DNA of 64,000 bases from contig CM041465.1 in NCBI GenBank assembly GCA_023213395.1, forward strand, positions 95,921,741 to 95,985,740. Reading direction: 5' to 3'. The notes under the pieces were generated by a model. The model saw only the letters and a program-made list of their open reading frames with translations. It did no database searches and was not told the origin of the DNA. A program made the position numbers and the translations under genes. Positions 50,264 through 61,731 of the stretch are shown piece after piece. The DNA is from Cycas panzhihuaensis (taxonomy: Eukaryota; Plantae; Cycadophyta). How positions within the stretch are numbered: the stretch's first letter is position 1; every line of letters starts with the position of its first letter.

Positions 50264-53004
50264 TGTTTCCCAGCTTCCAGGAATGGATACAGAGTGGTCG
50301 ACTCAGGGAAGTGAAGGTATGCTTCTCACCTTATCATTGTTTTATTTTGCGATGAGTGTATGCTTGCATGATGTGATTTTGTAGATGATCTTATCATTAT
50401 CTACACATATTTAGCCTATGACGACAATAGCGGGGGCACATTCCCATAGAATGTGGCACCCCAGTGGCCATTCCACTTCCCGCATTCTGCCCTACTCGCC
50501 TCAAGACCCATTTGGATCATGTCACCCCTGCTCGTACGATGACCCGTCATTGTTTGGTCGACTTGTCATGCCCTTTGAGTCCTATTTTTGCTCTTATGAC
50601 TCATTTGTTGGCTTGTCTGCCTTTAGGTAGGTGTCTCTGCCCTCCCACCAGCCTTCTTGGTCATTGGCCTACAGCCCAGGCTAGCTGTCTAGGCTAGTTT
50701 TGGCCTCTGGTCCCACACCGCTATAAATATCGTGGTACTGCCCTAAATATCATGGTACTGTGAAGTTTACGGCGGTGTGACTGTCTTAGTTTATTTTTAA
50801 AAATCTACCGTGGTAATTCTCATATTTATTGCGAAACTGCCATATGTCTCGCGACTTGACTCACCGCTAGTTATGCCCTAGTCGCTCGTTTAGGGTTAAG
50901 GCTGGGTATTTAAGTCTTCCTTAAGTCAATTTTAGGATCTTTTTGCTCACTCTTGGAAGGATCTCAAGGAAAATGCCCTACTCTCTGCTATTCCCTGCTG
51001 CTCCACCACTGCTATAGGACCTGCTATCATTCTCCAGTGCCCAGATTTCCTTTAGCATGGCTGTGACATCTTCCCAGCCCCTTGCACACCTTGGAGAGGG
51101 CCTCCTTGGAGAGATTCCAGCAGTTCCTTGCCCAGGCAGCCATCAAGCATCCTCAAGTGTAGGTTTTCCTTCAGCCATATTAGTAGGGGTTCCATACCTG
51201 TTATTCCATAGTCCTTTAGCAGATTTCTCAGCCTTCTTTCAGCAGTTCTTGATAGAGACAAAAGCCTCCCTCCTTCTCTACAGGTATTTATTAGTTTAGG
51301 TCTTTCTCTTGTCTAATTTATGCCTAGGTTTGCATGTCATTTCTAGCTCCTCTTAGCTTGCTCTTTGAAGGTTACTTTTTTGTCTTGCTTTAGGTTATTT
51401 TTCCTTGCTATTAGGGCCTTCTTTCTTACGTTTCCTACCTAGGACAGCAACAGAAAGGGGATACACAAGGTTTGGATTAGAGATGGGTGGATTCTGCACC
51501 ACCTTCCACGGTCCCTAAGAGGCTTTATGCCCTCCAAACCTCCCTTTTTGCCCCGTGCTACTCTTGGAAGTGAAGCAAGGGTTTAATAGGCCATTTTCAG
51601 CTGCTGAAATCAGCGTTGTCACTTGTTGCAATATTGGTTTAAGGGCTCATATCTTGATTTGGGCAACTCACATAAGCCCTGGCTACTTGTCCCTTGCCCA
51701 ACCTCTTTCTTGGCAACCCGATTTGCTTCCCATAGCACTCCAATTTGTTGTAGATCTCTTTGGGCCTTTTTGGACTCTTGTTACCTCTATTTCCAGCCTT
51801 CTTGCACAGCCATTACCTTACTGCCTTGTGGCCTCTTGAGGGAGGGTAGGGTTGCTCCTTGCGGGAGGTGGGCCACTCTGAGGCGTACCGGCTTAATCAT
51901 CATTTATTTGGGTCGTTTTCTCTATAGTTTATTATTGTAATATTGATTACTAACATACATGCGTCTAAATTTATACTTGTTTCATAAATACATGTATTAT
52001 TAGGATTTTTCTATTGTGTGCTAGCACCCTTTCTCCGGAAAGGGATACTCTCATTTACTTACAGGTACATGGAGAACGCAAAAGGGCTGTACCTTCTCCT
52101 CCCTTGTAGGTAAGTGCTTTCGTTTATGTTTTAAGTGCTTCCGTTTATGTTTTACTTTAGTATTTCATTTGCTGCTAGCATTTTATCTTTTTTCTTCTTG
52201 GCACTCTAGTGCCACTTTCGGGGAAGGTAAGGAAGCCCCACGCTTTGGTCTACTGCAACCTTTCTCATTCACCATACTTTGTGGAGCGACTTTGGACACC
52301 TCATGGGAACGCTGCCACTTCATCACGTCTCCATTCCAGGTACACACTCTCGCTCTACCTCATTTCCTTTTTTCTTTTGAGTTTTTGTACAATAGTGATT
52401 AGCTCATCTGAAAGAAAAAGGGAAACCAATCTCATCTTGATTTATATTACATTTGCTTCACTTCTTGCATTATATTTGTTATAGGAAAAGGTCTTAGGAA
52501 GTCTCCCTTGTCGCCTTTTCCCCTTTCATCTTGCAAACTCCCTCCTTGTCTCATTCACTTGTTTTGCTTGGTTAGTTTGCTTGCATAAGATCATAACTCT
52601 TCTCCTTTGGTTATTTCCTTCATCCTTTCTCAGTTTTCTCCCAGCTAGCTGGATAACCAGGGAGGTCCCATTCGTAGGTCGCTCACTTGCCTACCTCTTC
52701 CTCATTTCCCTCTGCTTTAGGGAAACCATTAAAGGGTTCTTCTTTTCCCTTCCGGCCATCTAAGGGTGGGAGGATCCTTCCCCTAGGTCTACTCAAGCTA
52801 ACCCTACGCCTTCTCTCTTCTTTTTTGAAGTGGGGAACCACCTCCAAGTAGCTAGATACCATTTGCAGGTCCCAAACTCGCACTCCGGTGCATGGGGTAC
52901 CCTGCGTGGTATTTGCCTTACTCGTAGGTCTTTGCTTAATAGTACCATCAACTGCCCTTGTCATTCCTACTTAGTTAAGTAGCTATCCTATAGACGCGTA
53001 TCCA
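50264..53004 (+). repeat. 5' LTR (~2.74 kb)
   Basis: tgtttcc...tatcca followed by the PBS; colinear with 61732-64000. Confidence 0.94.
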
Positions 53005-53199
53005 GTGGCGACCATACTGGGGAACTGCCAATAAGGAAGCTAGTCTCTGCTCTTTTTTGTTGGTATCGCTATCTCTTTGTGGTTTTCTCCTACTTCATCC
53101 TCTTCGTTGGGTAGCCCTCAATGTGTGCTTATATCACCTTTTCTTTCTCCTATAATGTTGGTTAACCTTGTATACAAAGTTTCTCTTGTTGCTTACGTG

Positions 53200-56100
53200 G
53201 TCTACCTCCATTATTGGAAGATCCCGGGTATCATCCTCTTCCTTTGTTGAATTCTGATTTGACTATGGAGGGATACCCTTCTAATTAGACCTACCACACC
53301 TCAGCTTGGGAAACCCATGAATTTCCCTCTTCTATTCCGGGATCCACCCAAGAGGGTGATGATCCTATTTACTACCTGGGTGACCAATATCACCCACTTG
53401 GCACCCATCCCTGTACCCATGCGATAGAAGGATCTTTTTCTGTTAAGATCTACCACTCAGTTGGTGACTCTTATGAGGAACGTCCTGAGGGATCTACTTT
53501 GTTTAAGATCCCGTCTACCTCTTACGAGCACGTAGATACCCCTCCTACCGATGTGGTTGAAGCTTTTAATGAGTGCCATCGTGCCACTCATTTTTAACCA
53601 CGTCCTAGATGGTTTGAAGAAGCTTTTTGTGGAGGAGCCTCTTCTTCGTCTGCTCCTCCCCCGCTTTCCTCATCCTCATCTACTCCTCCCGCAATAACTA
53701 ATCCCTTCGTGCCTACGCATGCGTCCTACTCCTTTCCTATTCCTGTTGTAGGGACACATATTGCACCTTCTATCTCTTACCAAGGTCCTAGTGCTTCTGG
53801 ACCTTCCTGCGGTATGTCTTTCGCTCAATTGAAGGTTAGCATACCCTTTCCTAGACAAACTAATGTGCCATCCTCCAACGTGACACATATTTACCCTAGT
53901 AGGCCTATCGGTCCTACTAATCCTCCAGCTGCTAGTCATGTGGGATCCACTCCCACACACCCTCAAAATCAACATGTCGGTCCTTCCTTTTATATCCCCC
54001 TAGGGTATGCTTCTCAACCTTAGGGGCAGGGTAGAGGTAACTACCCCCCAGTTTATGGAGTGGATCCACTACACCCATATAGGATTGCCCCACCTACGGG
54101 TAGCCTATATGGGAAAAACTCAGTTCCACATTAGCCTTTTTTGTCATCTAGCGTAATCCCTTCCACCATGCCTTTGCAAGGAAACCTGACTCCCTTCCAA
54201 GGCACTTATCCTTAAGCCCCCCTCTAGCAAGGGGTGTTTCCTCAAGGAGGGATGGGTATGCCACCCCCCTCCGCTCCTTGCTCACTGCCTACTACATCAT
54301 TCGTTGATCCTATGGTCTAGGCAAGGGCACGTCCCTTCATGGACTATAGATCAACACCTTTATCAATTAAGGCATTAAGAACCAATCTGTTGCCTCATCC
54401 TCCTAAAGTTCCTAGATTCGATAGAACTTCGTCACAAGACCCAGCTGAGCATGTACGTAGTTTTTCTATGGCGTGTATAAACTATTGGGCTTACAACCAT
54501 ATCCTAATGAAATTATTTCCACGATTGTTACAGGGGCGATGCCCTTAAATGGTTTTATCGTCTCCCTGCCTACTTTATCTTTTCATTTCAGCAATTAGTA
54601 GACGAGTTCATCAACTACTTTGATGTAGCCCATCCATTTGAGAGCAAAATGAAATCCCTCTTATCGCTCAAATAAGGTCATGATGAGATGAATCGTGACT
54701 TTGTGAGGTGATTCCATGACCTTCTTTACTCTACTAAGACAACATTGCTCGAGGAGTTGAAGAGAGATCTTTTCGTTAACGCACTTCGTCCTAAAGTGCA
54801 TGTGGAAGTCCTTAAAATAGGGGTGACCACATGTGACTCTGCGATCGCCAAGTGCTTAGCATTAGAGGCTATTGAGATCCAAGCTGGACTCAAGAAACCT
54901 CTCAAGCCCTCATAGCGCGAGGTACCATCTTCAACTAAAGATACAAAACCTTCGCAACCCACCAGGTCTTCCTCTCACCCGACTGAGAGGACTTTAGACC
55001 CCCTCACATCCGTCATATACTCATTCGAGCGTACGATGAAGGAGCTTAAACTCCAAGCCCCTTCATCCCCAACATCCAACAAACAAGTCCAACAAATAAC
55101 TGAAGCTCCCCTCCCCAGGAATGGAAATGCCTAGTCCTCTCAAACGAGGAAGTTAGATCCCCTGCTTGAGAAGAAGTGGTGCTCCATTCATGGGGAGTGC
55201 TTCCATAATGATTTGCGTTATAGGGCCTAGCATCCCAAGGATTCTCCTTGACGTGACTCTTCCCCTAAACGGGCCTCAAGGCCTAATTTAGACCAACCAA
55301 TTCACAAGGATCCGTTCCCCAAACATGGGGAACGCGATCGCAACACTCAGTCTAAGAATAATCAGAACTGAGGAAGATCGCCAAATTCTCGTCCTTCTAG
55401 TGACAAAGGGAAGGGCACTCGGGATTCGTCCTCTTCCTCCTGTTCCTCTAACTGTCGTACTCCATCACCTTCACAACCCTGGAACAAGGGAAAGAAGGTG
55501 ATCTAGTTACTTGAGGCTGCTCCTTCTTATGCTCTCACTCAGTCTCAAGCCACCAAAGAAGCAGCTGGTGCTTCTTCCTCTACTCCTTCCAATCCTCTTC
55601 TGGAGAACCCTCCTCTGAAAATACCTCTCTTCCCCAAGGCCATTCCTGTGTGCCTGAGTCATTACGATTTCCAAAGGGTACTTACCCAGCCTACCACGAA
55701 GGGTAAACCTTTCTCCATCGTGGATGAGCTTCACACTGTTACTGCAGCAATATCCTTGATGGACGTTTTGAGGAGTTGTCCCAAGCAGTGCACCCTCCTC
55801 CTAGAAGCTTTAGGATCGAATGACGTGCTTGTTCATGCTTTGGGCATTACCTAAAGTCATGAACCTATTATTTCTTTTGATCCTAGGGATCTTCCTCCCA
55901 CATGTGAAAGGGAACGCCAATGGAACTTCCCATTCACTATTACCATTGATACACCGATTGTACCCTTCAAAGGACTGTTGTTGATAATGGTTCTTCCATG
56001 AACACCATGCCCTTGCATGTCATGCAAGAGCTTGGCATTTCTATCTTGGAACCCATTCCATGGTGATGTCAAGGTTATGATGGTAGTGAGAAGACCCCGT

Positions 56101-56300
56101 TGGGATCTGTCGTGATTCTGCTCACCCTCGAGGGCAAGACTATCCTTGCTGATGTTATAGTCCTCGATGTCAACATCAACTACAACCTCCTTCTAGGTTG
56201 TCCATGGCTCGACCAAATGGGAGCCATGTGTTTAACTCTTTGGGGACAACTTAAATTTGTCCATGATGGATGAATAAAGGTTGTTCCTCGTAAGCACCCA
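53200..56300 (+). pseudogene. Tat gag and protease pseudogene
   Basis: Pro-rich N-terminus, gag PKVPRFD..DPAEHVRSFSMAC..LMKLFPRLLQG (54339-54548), protease TVVDNGSSMNTMP..YNLLLGCPWL (~55975-56210). Confidence 0.88.
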
Positions 56301-56554
56301 CTTACCAAACAAACTCATCCTACTAATCAGGCAAGCCAAGGCCCTTCTACGCGTGCCTCGACTTGCTCCATTGGGATACCTAATCTATCTAAAGGAGATC
56401 CCACATCTTCTTTTCCTAGTCTCATGCATTTTGCTCCTATTGGTGTTGGGAGCTACAGGTACCTTGCTTCGTTTAGTGATGATGAGTTACACGACGAGGA
56501 TAAGGATTATCTCTGCCCTGTCTCTTTCCTTTGCACCAGTAGGTTACACCTATC

Positions 56555-57179
56555 TCATGAGCTTTGCGAGAAGTTCAAGATTTCTCACAAAACTTCTTCT
56601 CCCTACTACCCTTAGGAAAATGGCTAAGTAGAGTCTTTCAATAAGACTCTCATCAATATCCTAAAGAAAACTATTACTCAGTCTCAAAAGGACTGGCACC
56701 TTCAGTTGCCCTCCGCTTTGTGGGCTTACCGCACCTCTATCTATTCTGCCATAGGAATAACCCCATTCTCCCTAGTCTACGGTACCAAGGTGGTACTCCC
56801 ATTGGAGGTGGAGATTCCTTCTTTACGAGTCTCCCTTCGAGGTCTCATCGATGAGGAGTCGATCCGTCAGGCTTGCCTCCTAGACCTCGAGGCTTTGGAC
56901 GAGAGATTCTTAGCCACTTATCAGGCTAACCTGAAGTCTAAAGCTCACTCATAAAGGACCTACGATAAATATCTTCATTCCTGTCCTTTGTTTCTTGGGG
57001 ATCACATCCTCAAGCTTGAATATCTTCATGATCGTTTGACCAAATTCAAACCTCGATGGGTTGGCCCTTTTGTCATTATCAAGACTCTTGGTAATGGTGC
57101 TTATAGAATTACCACCCTGGAAGGGCTTGAATTTGAGAAAGCTATTAATAGGAAATTCGTTAAGAAGTTTTACTCGTGA
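56555..57179 (+). pseudogene. C-terminal half of gypsy integrase
   Basis: ELCEKFKISHKTSSPYYP*ENG*VESFNKTL..ALWAYRT..TPFSLVYG..KFKPRWVGPF..AINRKFVKKFYS. Confidence 0.92.
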
Positions 57180-57799
57180 CCTCACTGTCACTTAGTCACA
57201 CTCTAAAATGAGCCTAAACTACCATCTTAAATTGTCCCCATTCCTTCCAGCCACAGGTGGAATGGTAATTTAAGATGGCCTCTCCCATTTCTTTTTAGTT
57301 CCTCCTGCAGAACCCGTGTTCCCATATCTTTTTGGGACCTTTTGTCTTCTTATTTGGGCATCCCTCGGTTAGGATGATGCTTTAGAGTATCATTACTCCT
57401 TTCTCTCTCCTGGTGTTTCCTTCGTATATCCTGCTATGCTCCTTCATGGATATGTGTGTCGCTCTACCTCTAACCCTGCATATGCCTATCACCTCTACTT
57501 ATGGTGGACGTATGTGCTCCTATTAGATGTATAGCTATGCATGGAAGGAAATACATGCATTATATAACAAAGCATCTATAACATACATAACAAACATACA
57601 TGTCACCTGTTACACATAATATACACACCACTACATATCAAAATGGGGTACTAATTACCCCATATATATATACATCAAAATCATATGTTACATCATACAT
57701 ATGGGAAGCTAGTGTCCTTATAGGGGGGGTACAATCATATAACTCTATATATATGTAACCCCTTGGAGGCTCGTGCTTTCCCGTTAAAATCTAATACAT

Positions 57800-59697
57800 G
57801 TGTCCTACTATACTGCTGCCCCGCTCCTGGGGTACCATCTCCTGGCCTGTGTGATCCCTCTCATAGGGACCACATCCCTCTGAGGCTCCTCTTAGGCCTC
57901 CACGAGCTCCATGCCTCACTCCCCTCATCATGTGGCCATCTCGGGGTCATCACTATCATGTAGGTGTATGTCCTGCTCCTGCTTGACCTCGATGCCACCT
58001 GGTCTACCAGCTGATCATATCTGGCTTGGATATGATCTCTCTCACTCTCCACTCCTTGAAGATGCTCCTCCAGTACTACTATCTGGAATGTGCTCCCTAT
58101 ATCTCCACCTGCTCCTCCCTGAGCCTCTAGAGCCTGTACACGTCTCCACAGCGTGTCTCACTCATCCCTAGCCTCATCTAACTCCCGTTGCACCTATCCT
58201 CTGAATGCCATGTGCTCTTGGGACTCTGCAGCCCAAATGTCTCCTGCCCTCACTAACGGGGTGAATGCTGCCATGTGTGCACCTGCTGATCTAGGCGTAT
58301 CCTCTACCTGGATGGGCAGTTGCCCCTCTGCGTATACCTGAGGGAACATCTCCCTCACCATGGTCTCTATTAACCGCATGATCTCCACAGTACCTACAAA
58401 CCTAACATACCATATGTCAGTATATATCTAATTGTATACTAAAGTAAAACCAAATCAAATTATCTATTTGGCTACCAAATGACTGAGGAAAGGGTTAGGT
58501 CTCACTTGGTGTAGCCACCAGCTCCTCTGCTCGCGCGATAATCTCTTCTCCTGGCTCCCCACCAGCTGCGGGTACCTCCTCCTCAGGTGCCACCTCTACT
58601 TGGGCCTCTCTCCTAGCCAGGACGGCTCAGTTGTCACCTCTCCAGATCTCCTCATGATCTGCAGCCTGTGGTCCCTTGTCACTAACCCCCTGCTCTCCTC
58701 TGCAGCCCCTGATGGGCTTGCCTCTCCTCTAGCAGTCCCGGATAGTCCTACTATTCTTCCTGTTGTCCTTGATGGACCTGCCTCTCCTGCTGGTCATGAT
58801 GGGCTGGCCCCATCTCCTCCATTGTCATCATCATCACCATCATCACCTGGGAGCACCTATGCTCCTCCTACCTCGTCGTCACTGTCCCACCTCACCGTCC
58901 TATACGGATCTGCCACATAATCCGTCATGGTGAGGAGGTCTAGTGATGTTGCCTTGACTGATCGTTAGACGTGAGCCTGGTCCTCTGTCCCTCTCAGCCT
59001 AGTCTTCTATCTATGGACCATCAGGGCCTACTCTGCAATGGGGTGTGGTCCCCCTGCTAGTGCCACTACTCCAAAGTGATCAAAAACCTAGCACTACAGC
59101 AATGTGCTATATGACAGTCCTCCCCTGTAAATCATCCTGATGGCATCGAGTTATGCAACGAGGTTCGCTGCTACCAGGGTGGCCTAGTCCATCCTCTCGC
59201 TTGCCTCACAGTGGTGCACTGCATCCATCCATGCCCAAGGGATGTCTCTATAGTTCTATTTCTAGGAAACCTAGAACAGAATGCACAGTGTAATAAGTTT
59301 CCTCACTCGAGGAATCCTGGACATCACCATAGTTTGGAGAGGAACTCCTCGCTACTCCTATCTGTCTATCCCCGTGAAAAATGCTGCTGCCTCATTGCTA
59401 GGTAGCGCCCCCAGTGTTATCGGCCTCCCAATCGCTGATACTCCCAAAATCTACCAGATGTCCCTCAATGTCACCATCATATCTCCCACCTAGGGTAGGT
59501 GGGAAATGTGCCTCCTCCTATCCCAATGAGATACTATGTCAACCAATAACCTCTGATTTGATGTGTATTGAGGTGTCTTCAAGGCCTTGTATAGGCCACA
59601 CCTCTGTAGGATCCCCTTGTCCTCTCTGGACATCATCTCTATGTAGCTCAGCATTTCCATACCTATGTTCTCACGGCTATCCACTGCATTAACAGCC
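57800..59697 (-). pseudogene. antisense, intron-containing accessory gene with a plant mobile domain (aminotransferase-like PMD) and coiled-coil C-terminus
   Basis: LQRCGLY..LLVDIVSHWDRRRHISHLP..GDMMVTLRDIW*ILGVSAIGRPI (PMD signature W...H.FHLP.GEMT.TL.D...ILG...G). GT..AG intron ~58506-58394. TATA-like ctatataagg at 60370-60361. Confidence 0.8.
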
Positions 59698-60830
59698 TGC
59701 CAACATCACAAACTAGTCAAAGTCAGTCTCATGCCAGTCCCCTGTACTCCTGACTATCTCTCAACTCTTTCTGCTTGAGATTTGGGGCCTCATGGTCCCT
59801 CATCTTCTTTTTTCTACAGGTCTACCTTCGTATCATGCTAAACTTCACAGTACCGCAAAGTTTAGCTTGGGTCCTACGACGATCGAGGCCCCGCGATAAA
59901 GATTACGGCACCATGATCTTTACCGCGGTACGAATGACACCCCCTCGAAAGGGGAGGGTTTCTGCTCCAAAACTCAAAAAAAATCCTTTGGGTGGACCCC
60001 CGTAGGGCCCACTAGGACTAGGGCTCCCTAATACCTAGGTCCCCCCTCTTTCTGGGTCTAATTTAGACTCTGAGAGGCCTCCATCTTCCCATAAGGGGCA
60101 CAAAAACTACATAAAAATCAATAAAAGCACTGGAATTTCAAACGTTGAAATGGGATAGGTTTTGTGGGATCCACTCACTAGATCCAGTCTCGCTGTCGCC
60201 ATCACGTGCTGCTGATCCTGCTGGCTCTCTCTGTGCTCTGATCCAATGGTCTGATCTTCCCCCGCATGCCTTCAAAGTCAGGTGGCACTTCGCTATGTAA
60301 GGAAATGGCTCTTGTTTCTCATAAGAGCTGGTGCAAATGAATCCATTTTCTATTCAATTTCCTTATATAGGCGGGGGCCCCGATGGGCACTTCCTCTGTT
60401 TTCACTCTTACGATAGCCATTGGGACCGTCCCATCTCCTCGATCGCCTTTGTCTTATGGCCCTGCTCCTGTTGCGCTCCTTTAATACCCTTTTTGCTCTT
60501 TCTTGTGGGTGCATTTATAGCACCTCTTCATTGCACTTTTTCATAGGGCCCTTTTGTCTCGTTTTATGTGCCACTCCGTGCATACCCGAGTTTATACTCG
60601 TTTGGCTTATTTTGCCATCCTGGACTTGTTTTCACGGCCCTTTTCTACTCCTGGGGTCCCCAGAGGGAGTGCTCCCCCCGTCCGGGGGCATGTTGTACTT
60701 CCCAAAGTGACCTTTGGTACTCCAGGGTGCCCTTTTTTTCGCCCGCTCTTAGGTAGTGGTCAGATTACTTGCTCTCATCCTTAGGTAGCCTTATTGCTAG
60801 GTCCTCCTACCCTTTACGACCACTTATTGC

Positions 60831-61317
60831 TTGCCTTTTGAGCCCCTCTTTTGCTCCATTATTATTCATTTGCTACAAGACTTTGTATCACCCATATCCC
60901 TCTACATTTTTACCGATGACGGAAGCCGCGGTAACCCTGGACCTTCTGCCACTGCATGGATCCTTCGTAGCCCTTCTGGACACAATTTCCTGCGCTCTGG
61001 GGTATTCCTCTTGGAGGCTACCAATAATGAAGCCAAGTACACAGCTGTTATTGAAGCTCTCACAAATGCTCTATGTTTCCATCACAGACCCATCATTTTG
61101 CTTTGCGACTCTCAAGTTGTGGTGTCCCATCTTACCCAGGTCTACCAGGTGTGATGCCCTCACTTGAGAACCCTCGCTTCCACTGCCAGATCCCTCCTGG
61201 CCCACTTCTCATATGATTAACATTCAGCACATTCCTCGGGCCCTCAACGCTAAGGCAGATAGTCTCGTTCGCCTCATCCTTGAGCACTGCCTTCCTCTTC
61301 TTACTGACTATCCCTGA
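60831..61317 (+). pseudogene. stand-alone additional (archaeal-like) RNase HI, aRH
   Basis: YIFTDDGSRGNPGPS..ATNNEAKYTAVIEAL..LCDSQVVV..(stop, frameshift)..IQHIPRALNAKADSL. The D-E-D-D acidic residues are retained, with Arg in the HIPR motif. Confidence 0.93.
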
Positions 61318-61731
61318 GGCTTGTTTGACTGCCCTCTTGCCCAAGCCCTAGGTCGTCATACGCTTTACTTTGTGATCCATTCGCACCTCTGAAACTTAGC
61401 TGCTAATGAGGTTAAACTATGGTGACTACTAGTTTTATTTACTCTTTTACTTAATCATGCACATCTCTTTACATATTTCATAGCGGGGACAGCCCCCTCG
61501 CCCTTCATATTTTCTAGTCAATTTCTGGGTGGCACATAGGCAGCCCCTATGTTGTCTCCACCTCTACCTTTGTATCTGCATGTTCCGCCATGACACTTGT
61601 TGGTACCCTTGCCTACTGTTACGATCTTGATTTACATATCTATATACACATGTGCTATTGGCAGTTGTGTTGCCAGCATTCGCTATCACATCATGCTTCC
61701 AAGTAGTGAGGCCCTGCTGCCAAGGGGGCAA

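Noticed and set aside
50418-52964. Numerous short ORFs in both Tat LTRs
   Set aside because: Stop-poor CT-rich composition and no recognisable domains; their duplication is explained by the LTR repeat.
60831-61317. Horizontal transfer or contamination with a prokaryotic RNase HI gene
   Set aside because: Archaeal-like RNase H is a known domain of Tat retrotransposons, and it sits between INT and the PPT in both Tat elements here.
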